From positions 3,467-67,466 of the forward strand of contig CAYRGW010000009.1 in NCBI GenBank assembly GCA_964423815.1: a stretch of 64,000 bases of DNA. The letters are read 5' to 3'. This stretch comes from an uncultured Solibacteraceae bacterium (GTDB taxonomy: Bacteria > Acidobacteriota > Vicinamibacteria > Vicinamibacterales > SCN-69-37). Positions 18,788 to 30,263 of this stretch are shown piece after piece (the first letter of the stretch is position 1; every line of letters begins with the position of its first letter). The notes under the pieces were generated by a model, which saw only the letters and a program-made list of their open reading frames with translations, was not told the DNA's origin and searched no databases. Position numbers and translations under genes: made by a program.

Positions 18788-20233
18788 TCAGTGCGCCGGT
18801 GGCGCGTCCGGAGTATGGGCGTGTTCGGGATACAACCCCTCAAAACACGTCGGACAGATGCTGTGGGTGAACTCGGCCGCGCTGTGTTCGGCGACGTACC
18901 GTTCAACCTGCGTCCAGTAGCCGTTGTCATCGCGGATTTTTTTGCACGACGCACAGATGGGCAGCAGGCCGCTGAGGGTCTGCTCGCGATCCATCGCGGC
19001 CTGCAACTGCTCGGCCTGCGCGCGGAACCGCGCCTCGGACTGGTGTTTGAGGCGGAACCGCGCGTAGAGCAACGCGAGGCTGAGCGCGACCAGCGCGGCG
19101 ATGACCCCAAGCGCGGTGCGTTGTTCCTGCAACGACGCGACCTCCGCCTCTCGTCGCTCCGCCTCGTGGGTGACCTGCAGCCGTTGCAGGCGCGCGGCGT
19201 CCTCGAGGCCGAACATCTCCTCACGCGCCGCCTGATGTTCAATCTGGTGTTCGTAGGCGGCGCGATAGTCACCACGCGCCGCTTCAAGTTCGGCCAGCCC
19301 CTTGAGCACGTTGGAACGCATCAGCGGCGCGTCGATTTGTCCGCCCAGCACCCGCGCCCGGTTCAACGCCTCGGTCGCGCGCGTCAGATCCCCCATCGAG
19401 CGAAACACGCCGGCCATGTTGATTTCGGTCGCCATCTCGCCGCGCTGGTCACCAACTTCGCGACGCAGGGCGAGCGCGCGCTCATAGGTGCGCAATGCCG
19501 CCGCCGGATCACTCAGCGCCTGCACCGACCCAATCCCGTTGAGTGACACCGCGATGGCCCGTGTGTCCTTGAGCTCTTCGCGAATCGCCAGCCCCCGCCG
19601 ATAGGCCTCCAGCGCCTTCGGGTAGTCCCGCATCGCGAAATACACCAACCCGATGTTGTGGTGGGAGTACGCCTCGCTGGACCGGTTGCCCAGCTCGATC
19701 TTCAGCGCGAGCCCCTGCTGGTGATACTCCAGGGCCTGATCGTATTGCCCCATGTTGCGGTAGGCGTTGCCCAGGTTGTTGAACGAATAGGACAGGCCCT
19801 CCTTGTCACCCGTGCGCTGGCGGATGGCCAGCGCCTTGAGGTGATACTCCAGGGCCTCGGGAAACTGGCCGGCATCGGCCTCAATCAGGCCCAAGGTGTT
19901 GTAACCCTGCGACTCGCCATACGTGTCCCCGGCCTGGAGAAAGAGCCGGACGGACTCGAGGGCGTGTTTCCGGGCCAGATCGAGCAGGCTCTGCTGCCGG
20001 TAGGCGTAGGCGACGTAGTTGAGGGCCTCGGCCTCTCCCAGGACGTTGTTTGACGCTCTGGACAGCTCCAATGCCTGCTGAGCCACGGCCAGGGAACCGG
20101 CCGGGTCGGTCTCGTGGAGTTCTTTGGCCCGTGCATTCAGGTCGGCGATGGGGCCGGTGGCCCCTTTCTGAGCCAGGGCCTCACCCGTCCCCAGAAAGAT
20201 GCAGATCGTTACGCAGGTGAGCAAGACGCGCAT
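18788..20233 (-). CDS. Membrane-anchored TPR protein with C-terminal Cys4 domain
   Basis: Signal peptide [18 protein letters not shown] repeats ([16 protein letters not shown]), TM helix, [21 protein letters not shown]. The track start at 21076 is antisense to typA. Confidence 0.85.
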   Translation of the reverse strand: MRVLLTCVTICIFLGTGEALAQKGATGPIADLNARAKELHETDPAGSLAVAQQALELSRASNNVLGEAEALNYVAYAYRQQSLLDLARKHALESVRLFLQAGDTYGESQGYNTLGLIEADAGQFPEALEYHLKALAIRQRTGDKEGLSYSFNNLGNAYRNMGQYDQALEYHQQGLALKIELGNRSSEAYSHHNIGLVYFAMRDYPKALEAYRRGLAIREELKDTRAIAVSLNGIGSVQALSDPAAALRTYERALALRREVGDQRGEMATEINMAGVFRSMGDLTRATEALNRARVLGGQIDAPLMRSNVLKGLAELEAARGDYRAAYEHQIEHQAAREEMFGLEDAARLQRLQVTHEAERREAEVASLQEQRTALGVIAALVALSLALLYARFRLKHQSEARFRAQAEQLQAAMDREQTLSGLLPICASCKKIRDDNGYWTQVERYVAEHSAAEFTHSICPTCFEGLYPEHAHTPDAPPAH

Positions 20234-20257
20234 CGCGCAAGAATGTATCATCGTGAG

Positions 20258-22085
<1,828 letters not shown>

Positions 22086-22096
<11 letters not shown>

Positions 22097-23219
22097 AATT
22101 CGACCGCTGCTCCTGCCCGTGGGGCTGATCGTCCTGGCGCTGACGATCTTCAACCTGCGGGTCAGCCGTGAAATGGTGGACTTCGAGGTCTACCGCACGG
22201 CCGGTCGTCGCGCGATCGCGGCGCAACCGCTGTATCAGGTCAGCGACGGCCACTACACGTTCAAATACCTGCCGACGTTTGCCGTCGGCATGGCGCCCAT
22301 GGCTGTGCTGGGCCACGACGCGGCGCGGGTCACCTGGTTCGCGTTGTCCTGCGCGTTCCTCGTGATCCTGCTGCGCTGGTCGGCCGTCATTCTGCCGGCG
22401 CGGCGATGGTCGGTGCGATCCCTGATCATCGTGGCGCTTGTCCTGCTCGCGAAGTTCTACGCGCACGAACTCACGCTCGGACAATCCAATCTGCTGCTGG
22501 CCGTATTGCTGATGGCCGGCCTCGGTGCGCTGCAGATCGACTCGCCGAAGGTGGCCGCGGTCTGTGTCGGCCTCGCGATCTTCGTCAAACCGTATGCGCT
22601 CATCCTCCTGCCGTGGCTGGTGATGTCACACGGGATGGTCGTGGGCATGGTGGGTCTGGCCACGATCCTGGTTGGCCTGTTGTTGCCGGTGGTGTTGTAC
22701 GGCTGGACGGGCAACCTGGAGCAGTTGGCCGGTTGGTGGCACATCGTCTCCTCGTCGACGGCGCCCAATCTGATCGGCGCAGACAACGTCTCGCTGGCGG
22801 CGATGTGGGCCAAGTGGATTGGTGCCGGGCCCCTGGCGGCCGGCCTCGCGGTGGTCACGATCCTGCTGCTGCTGGCGGTGGCCGTCGCCGTCTGGATGCA
22901 ACGGCGCGGCCTCGACGAACCGGACTACCTGGAGTTTGCGTTGCTCCTCCTGCTGATCCCGCTCATCTCTCCGCAGGGCTGGGACTATGTGCTCGTGCTC
23001 GCCACGCCGGCCGTGATGCTGATCACCGACCGCTGGCGGGAACTGCGCACGCCGTGGCGCTGGTGGAGCGGCACCGCGCTGATCCTCATGGGGTTCTCGC
23101 TGTTTGACGTCATGGGCCGCGCAGCCTACGGCCGGTTCATGGCCCTCTCCCTCATCACGGTCTGCGCCATCGTCATCGCCGCCACCCTCGCGCAGATTCG
23201 GCTGCGAAGACTCGCCTGA
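22086..23219 (+). CDS. Glycosyltransferase family 87 (DUF2029-like) membrane protein
   Basis: [28 protein letters not shown]; multi-TM. Confidence 0.8.
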
Positions 23220-23222
23220 GTC

Positions 23223-23254
23223 GAAGTCCCGAAGTCCCGGGGTCCCGAAGTCCC
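23223..23254. repeat. GAAGTCCC octamer tandem
   Basis: gaagtccc-gaagtccc-ggggtccc-gaagtccc after the GT87 stop. Confidence 0.85.
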
Positions 23255-23452
23255 GCTCTTGCCCGCCGTAGCAACCTGAGCCGCGTCGAAGGCGGGCGAA
23301 GGCGGGTAATCGGGTACCCGCATCGGTGTCCGAACGCGGGCAAAACGTACCCGCCACGATATTCCCCTATGCACCAAGAGTGAACTGCAGGCGACTCCGA
23401 GATGAGTCGTCTGTGTGGCACCTGCGTTGCGCTCCTCCTGCGCGGAGGGGAC

Positions 23453-23638
23453 ATGTATCAGCATCGGCAGATACACGTGTGGATTTCCGAGAGTGACTAT
23501 CTCCTGCTGCGCGAACAGTCTGACGTGACGCGTGAGTCCGTTTCTGCGCTTATTCGTCGCTTGATCAAGAACGAACGGCAGCGACTCAAACAAGACGAGA
23601 TGGACATGGACGAAATATTCGAGTCCCGCGCGTCGTAG
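23453..23638 (+). CDS. Small ribbon-helix-helix (CopG-like) DNA-binding protein, 61 aa
   Basis: GGAGGGG RBS; RQIHVWISESDYLLLRE..ESVSALIRRLI has the beta-strand plus two-helix RHH pattern. Confidence 0.65.
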   Translation: MYQHRQIHVWISESDYLLLREQSDVTRESVSALIRRLIKNERQRLKQDEMDMDEIFESRAS

Positions 23639-23651
23639 ACTACCGCGTGAA

Positions 23652-23715
23652 AAGACGTCGGGTGTCTTTTTTGGATCTAAGCGATAGCAAAAAAAGACAC
23701 CCGACGTCTTAGACT
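23652..23715. repeat. Long palindrome family P, copy 1
   Basis: GACGTCGGGTGTCTTTTTT-loop(CTAAGCGAT)-AAAAAAGACACCCGACGTC-TTAGAC. Confidence 0.9.
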
Positions 23716-23752
23716 CGCGCGGTGCCAGCCGCGCGTCCAATGGAGGTTTCCG

Positions 23753-23923
23753 ATGACACGTCTCACCACGCGTCTGTGGACGTACTTGCTGGTGCCGTTG
23801 CCGATCGCCGTTGTGTGTGTGTCCTGTTACACGTGGCAACTCGGCTACAGCGCGGACATCCTTGCGCCCGTCAGTTTCCTGGCCGTCTGCGCCGTGACGT
23901 TTGTGCTCGGGGCCCGTCGGTGA
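23753..23923 (+). CDS. Small hydrophobic protein, 56 aa
   Basis: Below the ORF-track cutoff. GGAGG RBS 6 nt upstream; MTRLTTRLWTYLLVPLPIAVVCVSCYTWQLGYSADILAPVSFLAVCAVTFVLGARR, two hydrophobic segments. Confidence 0.55.
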   Translation: MTRLTTRLWTYLLVPLPIAVVCVSCYTWQLGYSADILAPVSFLAVCAVTFVLGARR

Positions 23924-23925
23924 TT

Positions 23926-23989
23926 AGGACGTCGGGTGTCTTTTTTAGATCTAAGCGATAGCAAAAAAAGACACCCGACGTCTTAGACT
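23926..23989. repeat. Long palindrome family P, copy 2
   Basis: Near-identical to copy 1; contains the desaturase stop codon. Confidence 0.9.
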
Positions 23990-24939
23990 AACGACCAGTC
24001 CGAGTGCGGCCGTTTGTTCTCGACGATCCAGCCGTAGATCAGTCCGCGATAGGTTTGCCAGCGCATGCCTTTGCTCGCGTAGAACGGGCCGAGGGCGCGC
24101 TGCAGCGCGGGCAGGTGATAAAACGGCACGCCCGGGAAGTAGTGATGTTCGAGGTGCAGGTTTGAGGTGAGGAACACAAAGTTCCAGAACCAATTGCTCC
24201 GCATCAACGTGCCCCACTTCGCCGGATCGTTGGGATCGATGTCGTAGTGCTGGCCCAGGCGATTGAGCGTGAACGCGATCGGGAAAATGAAGAACACGGG
24301 GAACACATGGGCGCGAAATGCGGCCGCCCCTCCAAACGCCCACCAGAGTCCACCGATCACACTCAGGTGAAACAGGATCGAGATCTTGCGTTCCCACGCA
24401 ATCGTCCGTTGCAACTCTGCCGGGTAGGTGGACGTTTCCTTGAACGCGGCCCTGAAGTAGATCGGGAACAACGCGGGTGTGGCGTACAGGAGTTTGTACC
24501 ACCGGGCGTTGCGCTTCGGCGAGAGGTGGTGCCGCTTCGGATCATCCACATCCGACCCGAGCTCCGCGTGGTGATCCAGATGCCAGCGCGTGAACTGACT
24601 CGGGGCGATGCCGCTCGGGATCGCGTAGAGGAATCCCAGCGCGCGCTCCACCTTTTTGTGGGGTTTCTGGAACACCAGGTGATGCAGCACCTCGTGCAGC
24701 AACACGGTGAAGTTAAAGACGGTGAATCCCTGCACCACCGCAAGCGGCAGCCAGAGATACCAGGTGTCGATACGGATGAGTCCCCACGTCGCCAGCCCCA
24801 GGATCAGGAACTGCCGCGCCGCCACCACGAAGTGGCGCACGGGTGACTTGGTGTGCAACACACGCATCTGCTCGCGCGAGATGGCGCGGCCAAGGTCCGC
24901 CCGCAGGGCCGTCGCGTGCTGGCTGTAGTAGTGGGACAC
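23983..24939 (-). CDS. Fatty acid desaturase family protein
   Basis: Three His boxes: HEVLHH, HLDHH, HLEHH. Confidence 0.88.
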   Translation of the reverse strand: MSHYYSQHATALRADLGRAISREQMRVLHTKSPVRHFVVAARQFLILGLATWGLIRIDTWYLWLPLAVVQGFTVFNFTVLLHEVLHHLVFQKPHKKVERALGFLYAIPSGIAPSQFTRWHLDHHAELGSDVDDPKRHHLSPKRNARWYKLLYATPALFPIYFRAAFKETSTYPAELQRTIAWERKISILFHLSVIGGLWWAFGGAAAFRAHVFPVFFIFPIAFTLNRLGQHYDIDPNDPAKWGTLMRSNWFWNFVFLTSNLHLEHHYFPGVPFYHLPALQRALGPFYASKGMRWQTYRGLIYGWIVENKRPHSDWSLV

Positions 24940-24960
24940 CGATCTCAGGATAGCCGCTGC

Positions 24961-25884
24961 TCAGCTCTTCAACAACAGGCGTCGGCCAATCCGCGTCAGG
25001 AGCACGCCGCCCAGGACGGCGCCGGCACCGAGGATTTTCGTCCAGGTCAAAGACTCGCCCAGCCACACCGCCGCCACGAACATCGCGACGATCGGCACCC
25101 CGTTGGAATAAATCGACGTCCGGGCCGGCCCCAGCCGCTGCACCCCTGTGTACCAGATGACGTACGCCAGATTCAGCGCCAGCAGCGACGACAGGATCAT
25201 CGCGCCAATCGTCCAGGTGCTGACCTGGCTCCAGTCCACGCGCAGAATCTGGGGCGTGGCGAAGAGCACATACGGAATCCCCCCGTACACCATCGTCATG
25301 CCCGTGACGTAGAGCGGCGAGTGGCGGGAGATCAGCGAAGCCGAGCCCAGGGTGAACGTGGTCCAGCACGCGACCGAGCACATAACCATGAGGTCGCCGC
25401 GCCAGGTGGTGCCGCCAAACGACACGCTGGGGCCGACCACAAAGGCGATGCCGGTGACGGCCAGGAGTGCGCCGGCCCAGTGGAATCCGCTGATGCGTTC
25501 ACGGCCCATCAGGGCCGACACCACGGCCAGAATCGCGGGGGTGGTGCCCACGATCAGCGCGGCGTTGGAGGCCGTGGACAACGCCACGCCCCCGACAAAA
25601 AAGAACTGATACCCCATGTGGCCGACAAGGCCAAGCCAGACCAGGTCGATCCGGTCGCGTCGCGTGAGCTGGTTGGGGGTATGGAGGATCGAGGAAACGG
25701 TCCCGCCGGCGCGCACGCGCCGACGGGCCCAGTAGATGGTCGCGAGAAACACCGAGGATGAAATCACCAGCCGCAGCGCGTTAAACGGCTGCGGCGGGAT
25801 TTCCACAAACGCCTGTTTGATGACGCTGAAGTTGGCCCCCCAGATGAGGACCATCAGCACCAACAGGGCGTCTATGCGGGTCAT
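24961..25884 (-). CDS. DMT/EamA family transporter
   Basis: LIWGANF, about 10 TM, WLGESLT..ILG. Confidence 0.9.
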   Translation of the reverse strand: MTRIDALLVLMVLIWGANFSVIKQAFVEIPPQPFNALRLVISSSVFLATIYWARRRVRAGGTVSSILHTPNQLTRRDRIDLVWLGLVGHMGYQFFFVGGVALSTASNAALIVGTTPAILAVVSALMGRERISGFHWAGALLAVTGIAFVVGPSVSFGGTTWRGDLMVMCSVACWTTFTLGSASLISRHSPLYVTGMTMVYGGIPYVLFATPQILRVDWSQVSTWTIGAMILSSLLALNLAYVIWYTGVQRLGPARTSIYSNGVPIVAMFVAAVWLGESLTWTKILGAGAVLGGVLLTRIGRRLLLKS

Positions 25885-25888
25885 CTAC

Positions 25889-25928
25889 GAAGTCCCGAAG
25901 TCCCGTGGTCCCGATGTTCCGGGGTCCA
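25889..25928. repeat. Degenerate GAAGTCCC octamer tandem
   Basis: gaagtccc-gaagtccc-gtggtccc-gatgttcc-ggggtcca between atpF and the DMT gene. Confidence 0.8.
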
Positions 25929-25934
25929 GAGGCA

Positions 25935-26432
25935 CTACTGAACTCGTTTAAATTGCCCGATCGCGTCCTGGATCAGCGCGTCGTTGTCGGCCGCGGTGAT
26001 GTTCTTCCGCAACAACTTCGACGCGATGGCCACCGAGAGGTCCACCGCTTCGGTCCGAAGCTGCGCAATGGCGCGCGCCGTCTCGAGCTGGATTTCCTTC
26101 TCGGCGTTCTTGACGATCACGGCCGCGTCCTCCACCGCCTTCTTCCGCATCTCCTCGCGGAAGCGGTCGGCGTCAGCCCGGCTGCGCGTCACAATGCCCG
26201 CCGCTTCGGCACGGGCTTCGGAGAACAGTCGAGCTGACTCTTCCTGGACGCGCTGCAGTTCCGCGGTCGCCTTTTTGGCGTCCTCGACCGACTTCTCGAT
26301 CGTGGCCCGTCGCTCTTCCAGCGCCTTGAGCAGCGGTCCCCAGGCGAACTTCTTCAGCAGGAAGACGAGCGTCAGGAACGTGAACAGCGTCCAGAAATAG
26401 AGTCCTGGATCGACCGCGACAAGAGTGTCCAC
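25935..26432 (-). CDS. atpF: ATP synthase Fo subunit b
   Basis: DPGLYFWT..LKKFAWGPLLKALEERR, coiled coil. Confidence 0.93.
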   Translation of the reverse strand: MDTLVAVDPGLYFWTLFTFLTLVFLLKKFAWGPLLKALEERRATIEKSVEDAKKATAELQRVQEESARLFSEARAEAAGIVTRSRADADRFREEMRKKAVEDAAVIVKNAEKEIQLETARAIAQLRTEAVDLSVAIASKLLRKNITAADNDALIQDAIGQFKRVQ

Positions 26433-26445
26433 TCGTGTCCCCCTT

Positions 26446-26712
26446 CTACCGCAGGAAGACGATGAGCAGGCCGAACACGAGCGCCAGAATCGTCGCGCCT
26501 TCCAGGAGGAACAACGGCAGGTTGGCCGCCGCCGTGATCTGCGCTGCTGCGCTGGGCTGACGCGCCACGCCTTCGGCTGCCGCCGCGGCGAGCTTGCCGA
26601 TGCCCATGCCGGCGCCGAGCACCGTGAGGCCGAAGCCGATCGCCGCGCCCATGTAGTGCCAAACGGGCTTGATGATTTCTGCCACTTCCGGTGTGAGTAC
26701 TGCCTGATCCAT
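26446..26712 (-). CDS. atpE: ATP synthase Fo subunit c
   Basis: GAGMGIG, ARQP loop, conserved Glu in FLLEGA. Confidence 0.93.
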   Translation of the reverse strand: MDQAVLTPEVAEIIKPVWHYMGAAIGFGLTVLGAGMGIGKLAAAAAEGVARQPSAAAQITAAANLPLFLLEGATILALVFGLLIVFLR

Positions 26713-26760
26713 GACTACTTTCCTTCTCCTGAGGGTCTGACGTTGACGAGTGCGTTGAAA

Positions 26761-27690
26761 TTAGTGGTGCGCGTGAATGGCCATGCCAATAAACACAGCC
26801 GACAACAGAGTGAACACGTAGGCCTGCACGAGAACGACGATGATCTCGAGCGCCGAGATCGCCACCGAAAGCGGCAGGGAGAATCCGAAACCAATACCGG
26901 CGCCCACAAGGCTGCTCGCGGTCAGTTCCGTGAAGATGAAGACAAACGACAGGATCGCCAGAATCGCGATGTGACCACCGGCCATGTTCGCCGCAAGTCG
27001 CATCGTGAGTGCAAACGGCCGCACCAGCATGCCGATGAACTCGAGCGGAATCAGCAGGAAATACAGCGGCCACGCGAGTCCGTGCGGGACCAGGTTCTTC
27101 CAGTGCTGAATGAAGCCGTTGGCCATCGAGCCGGCAAAAATGATGGCGAAAAACGTGATGGTCGCCAGTGCGGCGGTCACGTTGAAGTTGGCCGTCGCCG
27201 TCGAGCCACCGTGCAGCAGGCTCTTCAGGAACGAGTGCTCACCGGTGTGCAGCACAAATTTGTCGAGCAACGCGAGGGTGTCGAAGATCGGGATCAGACC
27301 GACCGCGTTGGCCACAAGGATGAAGAGGAAAAAGGTGAGCAGCAGCGGGGTCCAGGTCATGACCCACTTCTTGCCGACGTTGGGAAGCACGATGGAGTCA
27401 CGCACGAACTCGACACCGGCCTCAAGGGCGTTCATCCCGCCGGCCGGCACGAGCCGCCCCTGGGCGAGATAACGGCGGACCATCGCGGTCACCGTCACAA
27501 AGATCAGGGCGGCGACGACCCACACCATGAACACGTGTTTGGTGACCGAGAAGTCGATCCCGAACACGAGCGGGAGGTGAATGATGGGGTGATCGAGACC
27601 CGTATTGGCGACGTGGCCAATGATGGTGGTAGCGGCGTCGAACTTCTCTTGCGCGGCGCCCGGATCAACAGCACTCATATCAGTCATCAC
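26761..27690 (-). CDS. atpB: ATP synthase Fo subunit a
   Basis: TATANFNVT, RPFALTMRLAANM.GGH, VQAYVFTLLS. Confidence 0.95.
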   Translation of the reverse strand: MMTDMSAVDPGAAQEKFDAATTIIGHVANTGLDHPIIHLPLVFGIDFSVTKHVFMVWVVAALIFVTVTAMVRRYLAQGRLVPAGGMNALEAGVEFVRDSIVLPNVGKKWVMTWTPLLLTFFLFILVANAVGLIPIFDTLALLDKFVLHTGEHSFLKSLLHGGSTATANFNVTAALATITFFAIIFAGSMANGFIQHWKNLVPHGLAWPLYFLLIPLEFIGMLVRPFALTMRLAANMAGGHIAILAILSFVFIFTELTASSLVGAGIGFGFSLPLSVAISALEIIVVLVQAYVFTLLSAVFIGMAIHAHH

Positions 27691-27691
27691 T

Positions 27692-28042
27692 CTACGTCTG
27701 CATCAACCGTTTCAAGTGCCACGCTTCCATCAGGTGGAGCACCAGAAACGACACGGTCAGGCTGGCCACAAATGGCTCGGGCCGGACCTCAAACCCCTTC
27801 AGCACGATCGTGACCCACGCAATGAAGAACACCGCCTTCACCATAAAGCCCCGAATCATCACCGCCAACGACGAGGCGGGAGCCGTGGCCCACGCCCGTG
27901 TCACCGACACCCAGGAGGCCGCGGTCGTCACAACCGGCGCCACCACCCCGAGCAACACCTCCACACCGCGACCAATCGCGGCCCAGAGTATCCCCGTGGC
28001 CACCGCCACCCCCATCGCCCCCCACAACACGCGGCCGTTCAT
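27692..28042 (-). CDS. atpI: ATP synthase I-like membrane protein
   Basis: Four hydrophobic helices, position in the atp operon, ATG overlaps the upstream stop. Confidence 0.6.
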   Translation of the reverse strand: MNGRVLWGAMGVAVATGILWAAIGRGVEVLLGVVAPVVTTAASWVSVTRAWATAPASSLAVMIRGFMVKAVFFIAWVTIVLKGFEVRPEPFVASLTVSFLVLHLMEAWHLKRLMQT

Positions 28043-28293
28043 TTCGGGCGCAGGGTGGACTTGACGATCGCGTAAAACCCGGCGGCGATCCCGACGACCA
28101 ACCCGGAGAGGAGCCACCACGGTGATGTGCCCCACGTCAGATCCGCCCAGTAGCCCAGTCCCCCCAGCAGCAAGATGCCGCCAATCAGGGTGTAACTGGC
28201 CGTCGCGGCCGGACCCGCCCGGTGAACGTTCTCCTGGAACGCCCGCATGGCGGATTGCAGACCGCCCTTCCGTGGAACTCCCGGCTTTGCCAA
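28039..28293 (-). CDS. AtpZ/AtpI family protein
   Basis: GYWAD.TWGTSPW..GLVVG motif; first gene of the atp operon. Confidence 0.8.
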   Translation of the reverse strand: MAKPGVPRKGGLQSAMRAFQENVHRAGPAATASYTLIGGILLLGGLGYWADLTWGTSPWWLLSGLVVGIAAGFYAIVKSTLRPK

Positions 28294-28440
28294 GCGGTCA
28301 ATTCTAAACCGTCCGGCCCTCGGATGTCGCCTCCACGGGCGGTCAAGCCTTGGAAATATACCACGGCCTTGTGAATCAGTTCACTAGCGGCGCCCCCCCG
28401 CCGGACGGCCCACCCCGGGCCCGGGCGGTATACTGCGGGC

Positions 28441-29337
28441 ATGGCGAATATCCTGCGGATTCTGCTCCTCGCCGCGGTGGCGTGTACGGCGTTGACGACT
28501 GACCTCGCCGCCCTCCAGCGGGCGCTGCGGGACCAGACCATTTTTATCACCGTGCAGGACAAGCAGGGCAAACCGCCGGCCACCCTGCCCCTGACCGCCG
28601 TGACCGTCCGGGAGGATGGCGTCGCCCGGGAGGTCCTCAAGGTGGAACCGGCGACCACCCCGATGCAGATTGCGCTCCTGGTGGACACCAGCACGGCATC
28701 CCAGGGGTCGATTCCCGACCTGCGCGAGGCCGTGCGCACCTTCGGGGCCACCATCTGGGCCAAAAGTCCGGAGTCGCAGATTGCCCTGTATACGTTCGGC
28801 GAGCGACCGGCCCTGGCCACCGACTACACGACCAGCGCGGTGGCGCTTAATCGCGGCATCGACACCCTGTTTGCGGGGTCCAGTTCAGGCGCCTACTTTA
28901 TTGACGCCGTGATCGAGTCGTCCGCCGCCCTCGCCAAACGCCAGCCGGCGCGCGGCGCCATCGTGGCCTACGTCGATGAAAACGGTCCGGAGTTCAGCAA
29001 CCGTCGCCACGAACAGGTGTTTGACGCCCTCGCCGGGGCACGCGCCTCGTTGTGGACCATCACTCGTCAGGGTTTTGGCAGCGCGCCGATGACCACCGAA
29101 GGCCGGGAACGCTCCACGATCATTGGCGACGTGACCGCGCGCACCGGCGGCAGGGGTTCGATGATTTTTGCGCCCTCCGCGCTCAAGGGCCGGTTCACCG
29201 AGGTCGCCGATCAGTTGCTGGCGCAATTCGCGGTGACCTACGGACGGCCGGAGTCCCTGATTCCGCCCGAACGTCTCGACGTGCGGTTGGCGCTTGAGGG
29301 GTACCGATTGACGGCGCCGCGCTGGACGAATAAATGA
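28441..29337 (+). CDS. Secreted VWA domain protein
   Basis: LLVDTSTAS MIDAS-like motif, TGG; signal peptide. Confidence 0.78.
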   Translation: MANILRILLLAAVACTALTTDLAALQRALRDQTIFITVQDKQGKPPATLPLTAVTVREDGVAREVLKVEPATTPMQIALLVDTSTASQGSIPDLREAVRTFGATIWAKSPESQIALYTFGERPALATDYTTSAVALNRGIDTLFAGSSSGAYFIDAVIESSAALAKRQPARGAIVAYVDENGPEFSNRRHEQVFDALAGARASLWTITRQGFGSAPMTTEGRERSTIIGDVTARTGGRGSMIFAPSALKGRFTEVADQLLAQFAVTYGRPESLIPPERLDVRLALEGYRLTAPRWTNK

Positions 29338-30263
29338 ATCGGTGGCTGTTACGCCTGACGGTCCTGGCGGCCGTCGTGGCCGCCTCGTTGCCGATCTCCG
29401 CGCAGATCTTTCGCGGGGGCATCGACGTGGTGTCCCTGAACATCACCGTGACCGAGAGTGACAAACTCATCCCCGGTCTCGACCAATCCCTGTTTGGGGT
29501 CTACGAAGACGGCGTCCAGCAGGACATCTCGTTTTTCTCCCGCGCCGCACAACCGATCGCCCTCTCCCTGCTGATCGATACCAGCACCAGCATGGAGACC
29601 AAACTCGCCGTCGCCCAGGAAGGCGCCATCGGGTTCGCCAAACGCCTCACGGGTTCGGATACCGCACAGATCATCGACTTCGACAGCCGCGTGGAGATCC
29701 TGCAGCCCTTCACCAACGACCCCATCCTGCTCGAGAGCGCCATCCGCAAGACGCAGGTCGGCGGGTCCACCTCGCTCTACAACGCGATCTACGTCGCGCT
29801 CAGCGAGATGAAACGTGTACGGGCGACGTCCAAGGCGGAAATCCGACGCCAGGCGGTGGTGATCCTGTCCGACGGCGAAGACACCTCGAGCCTCATCGAC
29901 TACGAGGATGTCCTCGACTCCTCCAAACGCGCCGAGGTCGCCGTGTACGCGATCGGCCTGCGATCAAAAACCGACCGGCCGACACGCGGCTTCAACGAGG
30001 CGGACTTTGTGCTTCGCACGTTGTCGCAGGAAACGGGCGGGCGCGTGTTTTTTGTGGACGACGTCTCGCAGCTGCCGGCGATCTACCAGTTGATTGCCGA
30101 CGAACTCGCGAACCAGTACACAATTGGTTACACGCCGAAAAATCTCAAACGTGACGGCGCCTGGCGCGCCATTGTTGTCAAGGTGAACCGGCCCAACACG
30201 GTCGCCAGAACCAAGCGGGGCTACTTCGCCCCGGCGATTCCCAAGACTCCCCCACGCGAATGA
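29334..30263 (+). CDS. VWA domain protein (acidobacterial VWFA-related type)
   Basis: VYEDGVQQ, LIDTSTSM, TSLYNAI, LSDGEDTSS, ETGG, QYTIGY, DGAWRAI. Confidence 0.88.
   Translation: MNRWLLRLTVLAAVVAASLPISAQIFRGGIDVVSLNITVTESDKLIPGLDQSLFGVYEDGVQQDISFFSRAAQPIALSLLIDTSTSMETKLAVAQEGAIGFAKRLTGSDTAQIIDFDSRVEILQPFTNDPILLESAIRKTQVGGSTSLYNAIYVALSEMKRVRATSKAEIRRQAVVILSDGEDTSSLIDYEDVLDSSKRAEVAVYAIGLRSKTDRPTRGFNEADFVLRTLSQETGGRVFFVDDVSQLPAIYQLIADELANQYTIGYTPKNLKRDGAWRAIVVKVNRPNTVARTKRGYFAPAIPKTPPRE

Noticed and set aside
23652-23989. Integron cassette array
   Set aside because: The tail CTTAGAC resembles GTTAGAC, but there is no RYYYAAC inverse core and the arms lack extrahelical bases.
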